A stretch of DNA of 64,000 nt from an uncultured archaeon (GCA_963817525.1 CAWFOU010000007.1:320001-384000), one strand, 5' to 3'; counted from the stretch's first letter, positions 39,082 to 49,743 are shown. Made by a program: numbers and translations. Notes: generated from the letters alone by a model not told the origin.

Positions 39082-41151
39082 CTACGCGCCTCCTTCCACT
39101 GGCGTGGCGTCGAGCTCCCGCCTCAGTGCCTCGACGTCCGTGACGGGGGCCTTGCAGGCGAAGTTCTCGCAGACATAGACGGTGGGCATCCCCTTGATGC
39201 TGCCCTTCCCCTCCGTGAGCTGCGCCATCGCGGGGTCGCCGTCCGCCATCGCGAGAACCTTCGTGGGGAGGTATCGCGTCTGGACCTCCCTCACCATCGC
39301 GCCCAGCTCGCCCGGTCCCCAGCCGCTGGCCACGACCACCTCCTTCGAGCCGAAGGAGAAGTCGACCGCCCCGAGCATCTCGAGGTATCCGGTGGGCATC
39401 GACTCCATCGGGTCGGCGAAGAGCTTCAGCGTCGTCTCCGCCATCTCCCTGAAGTCCTGGTTGCCCGTGAACTCGGCGAGGCGGAGGAGGTCGAGCGCCG
39501 CCACGGAGTTGCCCGACGGGGTGGGGCCGTCGTAGCCCTCCTTGATCGCCACTATCTCTCTCCCGGGCGGAGTGAGGAAGAATGCCCCGCGCTCGGCGTC
39601 CCAGAAGGCGGCGACCATCTCGTTCGCGAGGGTGATCGCGGCGGACATCCACTTCTTTTCGAAAGAGGCCTCGTAGAGGTCGAGGAGGCCGGCGACGAGG
39701 AAGGAGTAGTCCTCCAGGTTCCCCTCTATGGCGACGTCCCCGTCCCTGTATCTCCTTAGCAGCATCGGGCTCGCGCCCGTCCTGACCAGCTTGGAGAGGA
39801 CGAACTCGGCGCCCCTCTTCGCGGCCGAGAGGTAGGTCTCGTCCTGGAGTGCCTGGTAGGCGCACGCGAAGGCGGAGATCGCGAGCCCGTTCCAGGACGC
39901 GAGGACCTTGTCGTCGACCCGCGGCCTGTTTCTCTTCCTCCTCGCCTCGAGGAGGGCGCGCCTCCCTCTCTCCAGGGCCTTGTCGACCTTTTCGGCGGTG
40001 AGGCCGAGCTTGGCCGCAGTCCTCTCCGGGGTCGTGGCTATGCTGAGGATGGACCTGCCACCCTCGAAGTTCCCGTCGGGCGAGACGCCGTAGTAGTCGC
40101 AGAAGACCGCGGCGTCCTCCTTCCCGAGGGACTGGGAGACCTCCGAGGGCGTCCAGGTGTAGTAGTACCCCTCCCCGTCGGGTGTGTCCGCGTCTTCCGC
40201 CGAGAAGAAGCCTCCCTCGGGGGAGGTCATCTCGTCGAGTATCCAGCCGAGGGTGTCCCTGGCCGTAAGGGCGAACCTCCCCACGCGGGTCGAGCGGTAG
40301 GCGTCGGCGTAGACCCTCGCGAGGAGGGCGTTGTCGTAGAGCATCTTCTCAAAGTGCGGCACCAGCCAGTACCTGTCCGTGGAGTACCTGTGGAAGCCCC
40401 CGGCGAGGTGGTCGTGGATCCCCCCGGCGGCCATCGCGTCGAGAGTCTTCACGACGGGGTTGAGCGCGGAGCCCTTGCCGGTCCTTGCGTTGTACCGGAG
40501 GAGGAAGCCGAGGTAGCTCGGGAGCGGGAACTTCGGCGGGCGGCCGAACCCCCCGAACTGCGGGTCGTGGGCCGAGACGACCACCGCGTAGGCGTTGTCC
40601 AGCAGCGCCTTCGAGAGCTGCCCCTCCTTGAGGGCGTAGCCGTCGCTTATCGCCTTGGTTATCTCTTCCGAGCTCTGGACGACCTCCCCGCGCTTTGTCT
40701 TCCACGTGTCGGCGATGAAGTTCAGGACATCGGGGAAGCCCGGGAGGCCGTGCCTCGGGACGGGAGGGAAGTAGGTCCCGCCGTAGAAGGGCTTCAGGTC
40801 GGGCGTGAGGAAGACGGAGAGAGGCCAGCCCCCGTGGCCCGTGAGCGTTGTGACCGCCTTCATGTAGACCTCGTCGAGGTCGGGCCTCTCCTCCCTGTCC
40901 ACCTTGATTGGGACGAACTTCTCGTTGAGGATGGCAGCTGTCTTCTCGTCCTCGAAGGACTCGTGTGCCATCACTCCGCACCAGTGACATGTGGAATACC
41001 CGATGCTTAGGAAGACCGGCTTGTCTTCTCTCTTCGCTTTCGCGAACGCCTCGTCTCCCCATACGAACCAGTCAACAGGATTATAGGCGTGCTGGATGAG
41101 GTACGGGCTCTTTTCGTTGATGAGGTGATTGGGCTTTCTTTCCTCTCCCAT
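39082..41151 (-). CDS. YyaL/SPATA20-like thioredoxin plus six-hairpin glycosidase-domain protein (DUF255)
   Basis: [33 protein letters not shown] and [11 protein letters not shown] motifs. Confidence 0.93.
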   Translation of the reverse strand: MGEERKPNHLINEKSPYLIQHAYNPVDWFVWGDEAFAKAKREDKPVFLSIGYSTCHWCGVMAHESFEDEKTAAILNEKFVPIKVDREERPDLDEVYMKAVTTLTGHGGWPLSVFLTPDLKPFYGGTYFPPVPRHGLPGFPDVLNFIADTWKTKRGEVVQSSEEITKAISDGYALKEGQLSKALLDNAYAVVVSAHDPQFGGFGRPPKFPLPSYLGFLLRYNARTGKGSALNPVVKTLDAMAAGGIHDHLAGGFHRYSTDRYWLVPHFEKMLYDNALLARVYADAYRSTRVGRFALTARDTLGWILDEMTSPEGGFFSAEDADTPDGEGYYYTWTPSEVSQSLGKEDAAVFCDYYGVSPDGNFEGGRSILSIATTPERTAAKLGLTAEKVDKALERGRRALLEARRKRNRPRVDDKVLASWNGLAISAFACAYQALQDETYLSAAKRGAEFVLSKLVRTGASPMLLRRYRDGDVAIEGNLEDYSFLVAGLLDLYEASFEKKWMSAAITLANEMVAAFWDAERGAFFLTPPGREIVAIKEGYDGPTPSGNSVAALDLLRLAEFTGNQDFREMAETTLKLFADPMESMPTGYLEMLGAVDFSFGSKEVVVASGWGPGELGAMVREVQTRYLPTKVLAMADGDPAMAQLTEGKGSIKGMPTVYVCENFACKAPVTDVEALRRELDATPVEGGA

Positions 41152-41207
41152 TTTCAGTTCCCTTCCGTCCAAGCCCGCGATTTAAGGTGTGCCCAGCTTG
41201 CTGACAC

Positions 41208-42246
41208 TCATTCTCCTTTCCGTGTTTTGCGAAATCTCTCCTTTCTGCGGTAAGCGGTTCTAATCGAGCAGTTTAAGGAGTCCGCGACCTCCTCCACGCT
41301 AAGACCTCTCGCGAAGAGCGCATAGGTTGACTCAACCCTCTGGTTGAATATTTCCTGCTTTCTCCGCCTGCGGTCGGCTCTCAAAATGAATCGTCGTGTG
41401 GTTATCGCCTCAAGAGCATCTCTTTGGGCTAGAATCTTTCTCCTGTAATCCTTGTAGACTGGTCCCGCAACACTCCAAGGGTGCCCATCGTAGGTAAATG
41501 CTAGTTGGCGCCCTACGATTTTTTCCTTATGTCTGAATTGGATTTTGGTAAGAAGTCTTAGTACGTAGTCTGAGTGCGCGTACAATTCGAACATGCCCGG
41601 CTTCGTAGCATAGATGCTAGCACCGTATTCCCTCGAATCCAAGCCTCTCAGGAAGTCATCCAGTAACCGGCGGTTCATATTGCTGAGGCTGTATTCCGCG
41701 CGGGTCTTTCGCCCACTCATGGAGAGCCCGACGTGGCTCTCTGCGTCGGAAAAACCGCCCAACGCGCTGTAGAACAACACGTCATCCTTCAATACTGACC
41801 GTTCGACCCGCTTGGCCTTGGTCAGTAGGAAGTCAAAAGACGAGGATAGGTCGTAAGTCGCCCTTAGGGCATAGTGCCCGTTCGGCGTCAGAGTCGGCAC
41901 GAATATTGGTTTTGCGTGGCCTCCAAACAGGTCTCGCAGAAGTTCTAGTTGCGCGGGGTGAGTGGTTGATCCTTCGACCCTGACCTTTGTCCCGTGGCGA
42001 TACGTGTGCAAGTCTCCGGCTGCAAAGTATGTCAGCTGTCCTCTCAATATCGCTACCAATGAAGGGCCGAAGGTGCTGAGGAGGTCGAGTATTCCCAACA
42101 TTCAAGAGGTCGGATTCCGGGAACAGGTCGGCGTAAGACAGGGATCCAGGACAGCTAGGAGCCGAAAAAATCGACGGTTCGACAGCAGGGACTGGAGAAG
42201 ATATCGAATCTGGGGCCCGTATTCCGAACTTTCGAATCGCAGTCAT
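41208..42246 (-). CDS. Free-standing double-motif LAGLIDADG endonuclease-like protein with a C-terminal HTH (frameshift at about 42040)
   Basis: LTYFAAGDLH and ALGGFSDAESHV motifs; C-terminal LSVEEVADSLNCSIRTAYR; N-terminus in ORF 41833..42246; low GC. Confidence 0.7.
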
Positions 42247-42393
42247 GGATGAAATATCTTCGTCTATCGTAAATGGTCATGAAATTAAAGCGCCAATGAA
42301 AAAATCTCATTTGTGAGGGCGAAGAGGTCGGCGCCAGCCTCGGGCTTCGGGACCCTCGAACTCCTTTTAAGTTTCGGAAGGAAATGACGCGAC

Positions 42394-42978
42394 ATGCCAA
42401 AGAAGGTCCTGATGATCGTCGGAGACTTCGTGGAGGACTATGAGGCGATGGTCCCCTTCCAGGTGCTGACCATGGCCGGGCACACGGTCCACACCGTATC
42501 CCCCGGGAAGAAGCCCGGCAGCTCGGTGAAGACGGCGATACACGACTTCGAGGGCGACCAGACCTACAGCGAAAAGCGAGGGCACAACTTCGCGATCAAC
42601 ACTGACTTTGACAAGATCAAGCCAGAGGACTACGACGCGCTCTTCGTGCCCGGGGGGAGGGCCCCCGAGTATCTCAGGCTCAACGAACGGGTGCTTGAGA
42701 TTGTCCGATATTTTGACAAGGCAGACAAGCCTCTCGGGACGCTGTGTCACGGCCCCCAGGTCCTTGCGGCCGCCGGAATCCTGGAAGGGAGGAAGCTGAC
42801 CGCGTACCCCGCGATATCGCCCGAGCTCAAGAGGGCCGGCGCCAAGTGGGTCGCGGCGAACGCCACGTTCTCCAACGCGACGGTGGACGGGAACCTCACC
42901 AGCACGCCTGCTTGGCCGGGCCACCCCGAGCTGCTCCGCGCGTTCCTGGAGATGCTGGGCACGAAAATCACTTCGTAG
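42394..42978 (+). CDS. DJ-1/PfpI family protein
   Basis: GDFVEDYE, PGGRAPEYLR and LCHGPQ motifs. Confidence 0.93.
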   Translation: MPKKVLMIVGDFVEDYEAMVPFQVLTMAGHTVHTVSPGKKPGSSVKTAIHDFEGDQTYSEKRGHNFAINTDFDKIKPEDYDALFVPGGRAPEYLRLNERVLEIVRYFDKADKPLGTLCHGPQVLAAAGILEGRKLTAYPAISPELKRAGAKWVAANATFSNATVDGNLTSTPAWPGHPELLRAFLEMLGTKITS

Positions 42979-42982
42979 CAGG

Positions 42983-44650
42983 TCATCCCTTCGCGGGATT
43001 GAGGAGCTTCATCCGGCCTCTCGAGCGGAGCGACCAGACGAGGACGTTCGCGACCGCGGCTATGGCGGCGGTGGCAGCAAGTATGATCTCGAGGCTGGGG
43101 ATTGCGTTGAAGTTCAGCGTGACCGCTGACGCGACCCCGTCGGCCACGCCGACCTGGGCGCTTTGCGAAGCGCCGGCCTGCGAGGCCGTCACGGTGTAGG
43201 AGCCCGTGGGAAGGTAGAGTGCAGCGGTCAGGTTGCTTCCGATCGGGCCGCGGGTGACGTCCACGCCGTTGGTCCCTGCCGCCTCGACCGTGATCGGCGA
43301 GCCTTGGCCCCCCAGAAGGTGGACGGTCAGCCGAGCGAGGCTCACGTCGACGGTCTGCGTCGCGTATTGGGAGGCTACGTTGAGCGTCCCCTGGGCGAGG
43401 CCTCCTAGCGCGCCCATGCCCAGGGAGTAGTTTAGCTGGGCCGGATACTCGGACGCGAGGACGAAGAGGGAGCCCCCCGCCCGGCTGGTCTGGACTATCC
43501 CTGGTGAGCCGGTGACGCTCACCTTGGCGTCCTGGACGGGCTCGCCCCAGGGGGACGCCACGAAGTTGACGCTGGAGAGGTTCGCCCTCACCGGATACGC
43601 GACTACGGACTCGACGCCGAGGGTGCGATACATGTAGTAGAGCGTCCTCGGCCAGCTCGACTGGCCCGCCGTCAGGCTCGCAGAGTAGGAGATGTCAGAC
43701 GACTGGAGCGCCTGCGGGATGCAGCTGCTCGAGAGCGAGACCCAGGACGAGTCGTTGAGAACGAGGATCTCGGTCTGGGATACCTCGAGGCCGGTCGAGT
43801 TCTGATAGAAGGCCCTCAAGTCATACCTGCCGGCCCTGAGGGGCGCGTTCCAGGTGAGCGTGGCGGCCGTGGGCCCCAAAGCGGCGACGTCTATCGGCTG
43901 GGACTGCGCGGCCTCCATGCTGTAGGCGACGAGGTTGCTGGTGCCCCCCTCGTCCAGGGAGTACGTGTGGTAAAGCTCAATCCAGAAGGAGAAGGGTGTG
44001 TTGAGCACGCCGAGGGTCAAGATGGAGAGCGAGTTCCCTGGCGTAATCGCGATGCTCCCCGAGTCGCCCATGTCCGCGGGGAGCGAGAGCGTCAGCGGGG
44101 GCTGCGCGGGGAGGCCCGCGGCGCAGACCTCCTGGTCGTAGGAGTCCCCGAGGTTCGCGGGAGCCGAGATGGTGAGGTTTCCCCCGTCGAGCGAGTACTG
44201 GAGGGGGCTGAGCAGGACCGGGCGGTGGTCTGCCAGGTCCACGAAGCGGACCGGGACGACGACCGAGCCCTGGTCGATCGCGAGCGTAAGGTTCCAGACG
44301 CCGTCGGGGTCGGTGGAGGTGAAGGTGTAGACGGGAGCCGCCGCCTGGGGCCCCAGGTCTACCTGGGCGACCGTCGCGGAGGAGGGGGACTCCAGCGAGA
44401 CGCCGAGCGAGTAGTTGTAGCCGGACTCTGCCCAGATGGCATCCCCGACTGTGTAGACGGGTGTCCCTCCGGACACGAGGACGAGGCTCGAGGGGCCGAA
44501 ACCGAGGGAGAGGAGGGGCGAGGAGGCGGGGCTCGCCGCGGCAGCCGCGCCGGGCTGGAGCGCGACAACGGCGAGGAGAAGGCCGAGCAGCGAGAGCGTC
44601 GCCGCCGCCCTCGTCCTAGCGGCGCATGTATACCCAGAGGACGGCGACAA
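42983..44650 (-). CDS. Membrane-anchored surface protein (MoxR cluster 1)
   Basis: Signal peptide and C-terminal TM; paralog of 58199..59920 (GTPVYTxGD, LGDSYDQEVCA). Confidence 0.75.
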   Translation of the reverse strand: MSPSSGYTCAARTRAAATLSLLGLLLAVVALQPGAAAAASPASSPLLSLGFGPSSLVLVSGGTPVYTVGDAIWAESGYNYSLGVSLESPSSATVAQVDLGPQAAAPVYTFTSTDPDGVWNLTLAIDQGSVVVPVRFVDLADHRPVLLSPLQYSLDGGNLTISAPANLGDSYDQEVCAAGLPAQPPLTLSLPADMGDSGSIAITPGNSLSILTLGVLNTPFSFWIELYHTYSLDEGGTSNLVAYSMEAAQSQPIDVAALGPTAATLTWNAPLRAGRYDLRAFYQNSTGLEVSQTEILVLNDSSWVSLSSSCIPQALQSSDISYSASLTAGQSSWPRTLYYMYRTLGVESVVAYPVRANLSSVNFVASPWGEPVQDAKVSVTGSPGIVQTSRAGGSLFVLASEYPAQLNYSLGMGALGGLAQGTLNVASQYATQTVDVSLARLTVHLLGGQGSPITVEAAGTNGVDVTRGPIGSNLTAALYLPTGSYTVTASQAGASQSAQVGVADGVASAVTLNFNAIPSLEIILAATAAIAAVANVLVWSLRSRGRMKLLNPAKG

Positions 44651-45410
44651 GTGCGAATCCTGGGACGGCGAAGGATAAAAGCGAATTCGGGAGTATCAGG
44701 ACGGCGGCGTACACCCAGGCCAGCGACACCGCTGCGCTGAGCAGGGGCAGGACGAAGTTCATCCTCGGCTGGACCACGCTCGCGGCCGTCGGGATGGTCG
44801 CGTAGACGAGCAGGGAGCAGTAGACGGCCACGGAGGCAGCCAGGACGGGAAGAGCGGAGAGCGCCGGGATGGCGCGCGGGGCGGCGTTGGACACGCTGGC
44901 CGAGATCATATAGTCGAAGAAGTGGGCGAAGGTGAATGTCCCCGAGGACCCCAGGAGGGTGGTGACGAAGTAGACCAGCAGGCCCGACTCGAACCCGATG
45001 GGGAGGAGGACAGCGGTGAGGCGCCGGCCCCGCAGCATCTGGACCACCGAAGCGAAGATGAGGTAGGAGGGGAGGATGGTGAAGAAGGCGGCGACCCAAG
45101 TGGAGTAGATCGTCCCCGCGAACTGCCCGTAGGAGGGGTCGGACGTCGCGAGGGACAAGAGGATCAAGCCCAGCACCACGAAAGTCTCAAACGAGAACAG
45201 GATAACGAAGACGTCAGCCCTGGCCGGCCTTCCGCGGTAGTACGCAGCGACCCCGACCACCCTGAGCGCCTGGGTAACGACGATGAGCAGCTCGACGAGG
45301 GTGACTGAGGAGAGCTCGAGGTGCTGGAGGAACTGGGTCACCGAGAGCAGATAGAGGACGTAGAGGGACACGCCCGCTGCCGCCGTACACGCGACGAGGA
45401 GCTTGTTCGT
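44616..45410 (-). CDS. Multi-TM membrane protein (MoxR cluster 1)
   Basis: Paralog of 59886..60683; the aligned start position is ACG at 45410. Confidence 0.75.
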   Translation of the reverse strand, partial: TNKLLVACTAAAGVSLYVLYLLSVTQFLQHLELSSVTLVELLIVVTQALRVVGVAAYYRGRPARADVFVILFSFETFVVLGLILLSLATSDPSYGQFAGTIYSTWVAAFFTILPSYLIFASVVQMLRGRRLTAVLLPIGFESGLLVYFVTTLLGSSGTFTFAHFFDYMISASVSNAAPRAIPALSALPVLAASVAVYCSLLVYATIPTAASVVQPRMNFVLPLLSAAVSLAWVYAAVLILPNSLLSFAVPGFALVAVLWVYMRR

Positions 45411-45416
45411 GCCGGG

Positions 45417-46580
45417 CTACCTCTCGAGCGTCTTCCTGATGAGGGGGAGGAGGTCCTCGTTGCCCGTCCACACGACCGCCCTCTGCGCGAAGGCGGGCGG
45501 GGACGAGGTCTTCTCGTACACGAGCAGCAAGGGCCTGCGTGCGACGACGCTCGCCATCCGCTCGTCCTCGAGCTCTCGTAGCCCGGTGACGAGGAGGTCA
45601 GACTCGGCCACCACCCAGTCGACGTCGCGCGAGCCAGAGGCGACGGAGCACGCCATCACGGCCTCGGCGAGCTCGTCGATGTCCTCGGCGGCGGCGCTCG
45701 TCAGCCCCCGGAGCCGCTCCTCCTCGCTCGTCTCGCGGCCGCCGTCGTCGCGAGGCGGGCTGTGGTAGAGGAAGACGACGCCAGCCCCCGTCTCGAGGAC
45801 GTCCCTCCCCACCTCCCCGAGCGCCTCGCACAGCAGGTCGGTCCACGCCGCCCGCTCGTCGCCCTCCCTCTCCGCGAAGCGCACGACGCCCACCCTCACG
45901 ACGTCCCTCACGTTTGCCTCCCTCACCCTCGCGAGAAGAGCCTCGTCGGGCGACTCCGCCACGCGCCTCCAGGCGATGTCCTTCGTGTATCCTGGGTTGT
46001 ACTCGTCGAGCTTGTAGAGCTCCTGCCCCTGCCCAGAGAAGCCGCTCGACCGTTCACCGTACCCGATGACCTTCAGCCGCCTCTGGACCTCGGGGGAGAG
46101 GAGGGAGAGGGGCATCGTGTCCAGCACGAGCTGCGTGGTCAAGGTCTTGTCGAGCCTGTTGAAGAGCCTCAGCGGGTCGGTGAAGGAGACACCGACGCGG
46201 ACCCCCTGGCACCTCCCTGCCCAGGTCCCGACGAACCTGAGGCGGATCCTCATCCCGTCGGGGAGGGGCTCGACCTTCACGAGCTGCCCCGTCTCCACGC
46301 TGAAGCTCGTCGGGGTGGAGCCTATCCAGCCAGTCCCCCTGGACTCGACGGCGAGGACGGTCTCGTACTCCTCGCCCTTCATTATCCTGACGTGTCCGCC
46401 CTCGGACGAGAGCCTGACGCCGCCCCCCTGAGTCGCCAGCTCGAAGATGCACACAGAGATGACGCCCATGGCAACGAGCGACGCCCCGAGGAGGACGAGC
46501 ACCTTGGCGTTGAGGACCTCTGCCATGACCATCACGAGGAGGGTAGCGACGAGGTAGTCTCTACCGCGCGGGGTCAGCGT
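45417..46580 (-). CDS. DUF58-like protein (MoxR cluster 1)
   Basis: LTPRG N-terminus, DPLRLF and GQGQELYKLDEY...KDIAWRRVA; directly downstream of MoxR. Confidence 0.78.
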   Translation of the reverse strand, partial: TLTPRGRDYLVATLLVMVMAEVLNAKVLVLLGASLVAMGVISVCIFELATQGGGVRLSSEGGHVRIMKGEEYETVLAVESRGTGWIGSTPTSFSVETGQLVKVEPLPDGMRIRLRFVGTWAGRCQGVRVGVSFTDPLRLFNRLDKTLTTQLVLDTMPLSLLSPEVQRRLKVIGYGERSSGFSGQGQELYKLDEYNPGYTKDIAWRRVAESPDEALLARVREANVRDVVRVGVVRFAEREGDERAAWTDLLCEALGEVGRDVLETGAGVVFLYHSPPRDDGGRETSEEERLRGLTSAAAEDIDELAEAVMACSVASGSRDVDWVVAESDLLVTGLRELEDERMASVVARRPLLLVYEKTSSPPAFAQRAVVWTGNEDLLPLIRKTLER

Positions 46581-47509
46581 GGGGGCTCAACCCTGTCGAT
46601 CACGGAGGTGAGTATCGCCTGGGGGTCGCGCGACGCCCCCTTCAGCACCGCGGCGCGGTCCACCGTGAGCCTGTGCGTGAGCACCTCGCTCGCGAGCGTC
46701 TTGATGTCGTTCGGGGTGACGTACTTCCTCCCGTCAAGGAGGGCCCTGGCCCGGGCGCAGCGGACGAGCTGCACCATCGCCCTCGGGCTCGCCCCGAGCA
46801 CGAGCGAGGACTCGCTCCTCGTCGCCTGGGCAACCCGCGCCAGGTAGCCCAGTATCTCGTCGGAGACCGCGACCGTGTCCACCTCCCTCGCCATGGCGTC
46901 CAGCTCGGCGGCCGAGACCACCGTCCTCACCTCCTCGAGGTCCATGCTGGAGAGGTTCCTCTTCAGGATGCCCGCCTCTACCTCCGGGGTGGGGTAGCCG
47001 AAGCTCACCTTGACCATGAACCTGTCGAGCTGCCCCTCCAGGAGCGGGTAGACCCCCTCGAACTCCATCGGGTTCTGGGTCGCGATAACCATGAACGGGG
47101 TGGGGAGCTTCTCGGTGCGGCCCTCCACGGTCACCTGGAACTCCTGCATCGACTCGAGGAGGGCGCTCTGGACCTTCGGGGGGGCCCGGTTGATCTCGTC
47201 TGCCAGGAGGACGTTGGTGAAGACCGGGCCCTTCCTGAACTCGAACTCCCTGTCCTTGAGGTTGAAGATGAACCCGCCGATGATGTCGAGCGGGAGGATG
47301 TCCGGGGTGAACTGAACCCTCCTGAACTGGAGCCCAACGGACTTTGAGAAGGCGTTCGCGACGAGAGTCTTCGAGAGGCCTGGGACGCCCTCGAGGAGGA
47401 CGTGGCCTCTCGCAAGGAGGCAGGTCAGGATGAGGTCGGTCTCCTTCTCCCTTCCGACCACGACCTTCCCGACCTCCTCTACGACCCGGTCCCGGATCTC
47501 AGCGCCCAA
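46574..47509 (-). CDS. MoxR-family AAA+ ATPase (cluster 1)
   Basis: HVLLEGVPGLSKT, RVQFTPDILP, LADEINRAPPKVQSALLE, ATQNP and QLDRF motifs. Confidence 0.95.
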   Translation of the reverse strand: MGAEIRDRVVEEVGKVVVGREKETDLILTCLLARGHVLLEGVPGLSKTLVANAFSKSVGLQFRRVQFTPDILPLDIIGGFIFNLKDREFEFRKGPVFTNVLLADEINRAPPKVQSALLESMQEFQVTVEGRTEKLPTPFMVIATQNPMEFEGVYPLLEGQLDRFMVKVSFGYPTPEVEAGILKRNLSSMDLEEVRTVVSAAELDAMAREVDTVAVSDEILGYLARVAQATRSESSLVLGASPRAMVQLVRCARARALLDGRKYVTPNDIKTLASEVLTHRLTVDRAAVLKGASRDPQAILTSVIDRVEPPR

Positions 47510-47882
47510 CGCCCGCGCCTCCGCGCTTGCCCAGGTCGGTCCCGCCCAGCATGATCGTGACGTCGACGACCTCGTGGTAGTCAAGGTCGGGGAGCGGAGC
47601 GCCGCCGTATCGGTAGGCCTCGTAGCCCTTCAGGGCGCCCTCCATCGCCTCGGTCTGGATGCCGTAGGACCTCAGGCGCGAGACCGCCTCCTCCCACGTG
47701 AAGCCTGCGGGGAGGTCCGGGACAGACTGCTTCAGGGCCGCCTCGAGGCCGCCGAAGGCCTCGCTCAGGTTCGAGGGAGAGAACCTGCGCTTCCTGAGCC
47801 CGAGGGCGGCGAAGGCTAGGGAGGCGTAAAGCACGACGTTCAGCGCCAGTAGCGCCCCCAGCACGAGCTCGTTGCTGACCAT
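47499..47882 (-). CDS. Small membrane-anchored protein, DUF4129-like (cluster 1)
   Basis: N-terminal TM, PDLPAGFTWEEA and YEAYRYGG; paralog at 62755..63138. Confidence 0.7.
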   Translation of the reverse strand: MVSNELVLGALLALNVVLYASLAFAALGLRKRRFSPSNLSEAFGGLEAALKQSVPDLPAGFTWEEAVSRLRSYGIQTEAMEGALKGYEAYRYGGAPLPDLDYHEVVDVTIMLGGTDLGKRGGAGVGR

Positions 47883-47977
47883 CGCGACCTTCCCTCTTGG
47901 GGACGGTGGGTCTTAAGGCTTGGAGTCGGGGTTGGCTTGAAACGTTTTTAGTCAGCGCGCGCACATTTCGAGGGGAT

Positions 47978-48754
47978 TTGTCTGGCCTCCGCGCTCCGTC
48001 CAGGATAGCCAGCGCGGCGGCGATCATCGCGCTCTTCGTGATCGCCTCCCTCTCCGTAGTCGTGATCGATAGCCACAGCCTCTCCGACCCGCTCCAGCGC
48101 GACTTTGTCAGGCCCGGGAGCGCGCCGTTGCCCCCGACCGGGACGCTGGTGGTGACGATGCTCTCGAACCAGGACTTCAGCAGCTCAATCTCGGAGCCCC
48201 TGAGGACGCCCGTGCCCGTCCCCAAGTGGCCCCTCGCGCTGGTCACGATCAACTCGAGCGTCATCTCGGTGGAGCCCATCTCCCTGACCACGGACCCGGA
48301 GGGCGTCGCAATCGACACCCTCCTCCCGGGAGACTACGTCCTGCAGGCCCCCTACAACACACTCAACATCGAGGTCCCGGTGGTGATCCTCAGCGGGAAC
48401 ACGACGAGCGTGCGGCTGGACTTCTCGGAGCACGCCTACTCACTCCTCTACAGCGAGGCCTCGGACGTGGGCGCGCAGCCAAGCCTCTACGTGGAGCTCG
48501 GGTCGTCCGCCTCCGTAGCCAACGTCAGCGAGCCGGTCACCATCGGGATGCAGCACGGCGGGCCGGGGGGCAACGAGGTGTACGCGACGGTGCTCTCCGA
48601 GAGACTCCCAGCGCAAGGGACCCAGTGGCTGGACCTCGGGACGGCGGCGGAGGTCGACCTCGCGGGCGCCGGGGCGGTGATCCTGGCGACCTGGAGCTAC
48701 TCGAGCACGGTGTCCGTCGAGCCGACCGTCAAGGGCGGCGGGCTAGCCTTCTGA
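47978..48754 (+). CDS. Secreted/membrane-anchored protein, divergent from MoxR cluster 1
   Basis: N-terminal TM; VANVSEPV...QWLDLGT shared with the gene starting at 63235. Confidence 0.7.
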   Translation: MSGLRAPSRIASAAAIIALFVIASLSVVVIDSHSLSDPLQRDFVRPGSAPLPPTGTLVVTMLSNQDFSSSISEPLRTPVPVPKWPLALVTINSSVISVEPISLTTDPEGVAIDTLLPGDYVLQAPYNTLNIEVPVVILSGNTTSVRLDFSEHAYSLLYSEASDVGAQPSLYVELGSSASVANVSEPVTIGMQHGGPGGNEVYATVLSERLPAQGTQWLDLGTAAEVDLAGAGAVILATWSYSSTVSVEPTVKGGGLAF

Positions 48755-49591
48755 GGCGGCACCACGCCCGGCTCGCCTCTTCACTGAGGGCGGCCGGGCC
48801 CCGTTCCGCTGCGCGAAGTAGTCCTTGAGCGGGTCCCAGTATGCGCTCTTCCAGCCGCCGGTGTACTCGGCGACCTGGTCCGCGGGGACCTTCGAGTGCA
48901 CCATCTCCAGCTCGGTCCCTCCTTTCTTGGCAGTGAGCGTTAGCTCCAGCCTTGAGAACGGGTAGCCGTCGGGGAACTCCGTGGTCCTCCAGTCCTGGAC
49001 TATCCTCCTCCCCTTGACCAGCTCCAGGTTCTTCCCGCTGATGTAGCCCTCCCAAGCGGTGAAGGTCGCGCCCTTCTTCGCGTTCGTGGCGGCCGGCGAG
49101 CCGGTGAACTCGCTGTGCTTCTTCGGGTCGAGTAGGGCGTCATAGACCTCCTCGGGCGTGGCCTCGAAGAAGACGGTCTGCTCGATTGTCCCGAATTCTA
49201 ACGGCGAGAGCCTCTCACTTCGCTCCGACGCCAAGGGATTTCTGCCTGGCTTCGCGCTGGCCTGCGCGTCGTTCTTCATCATCCGGGCCTTGACCAGCTT
49301 CTTCACGAGCGCGACGGGGACCTCCTTGTCGAGGGGTAGGTGGACCGCCGATATCGTGGTCTTGTAGCCCGCAAGGTCCTTCTCGTGCTCCGCTATCACC
49401 GGCGGGCGGATGTAGAGCCCGATGTGGCTCTTCTGGAGGCCGAACCAGGCGAGCCGCCCTTTGTAGTCGTAGAAGGGGAGCCGGTAGCTGATGCCCTCCA
49501 CGGCGGTCGGCGCGACCTCCCCGATTGCCGCGCGGACCTCCTCGAGCTTGGCCCGCGCCTCTTTAGGGGCTGCGGATATGTAGTCATCCAC
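48743..49591 (-). CDS. DUF1801 (YdhG-like) plus SRPBCC/AHSA1 fusion protein
   Basis: DDYISAAP...EGISYRLPFY...LVKARM, then ATPEEVYDALLD...RIVQDWR...GGWKSAYW. Confidence 0.78.
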   Translation of the reverse strand: MDDYISAAPKEARAKLEEVRAAIGEVAPTAVEGISYRLPFYDYKGRLAWFGLQKSHIGLYIRPPVIAEHEKDLAGYKTTISAVHLPLDKEVPVALVKKLVKARMMKNDAQASAKPGRNPLASERSERLSPLEFGTIEQTVFFEATPEEVYDALLDPKKHSEFTGSPAATNAKKGATFTAWEGYISGKNLELVKGRRIVQDWRTTEFPDGYPFSRLELTLTAKKGGTELEMVHSKVPADQVAEYTGGWKSAYWDPLKDYFAQRNGARPPSVKRRAGRGAASEG

Positions 49592-49743
49592 ATTTTTCGC
49601 GGCTTTCTTCGTAGCAGGTTTGCGCGGCCTGAATGTCTTAACTATATCGGGCCGGCCCCTTCGGCCACGGCGTGTAGACGGCTGTCAGTGGTACCGTAGA
49701 GGTCGTGCTAGGCACATCCACCGGCTCCATGCCGGTCGACGGG

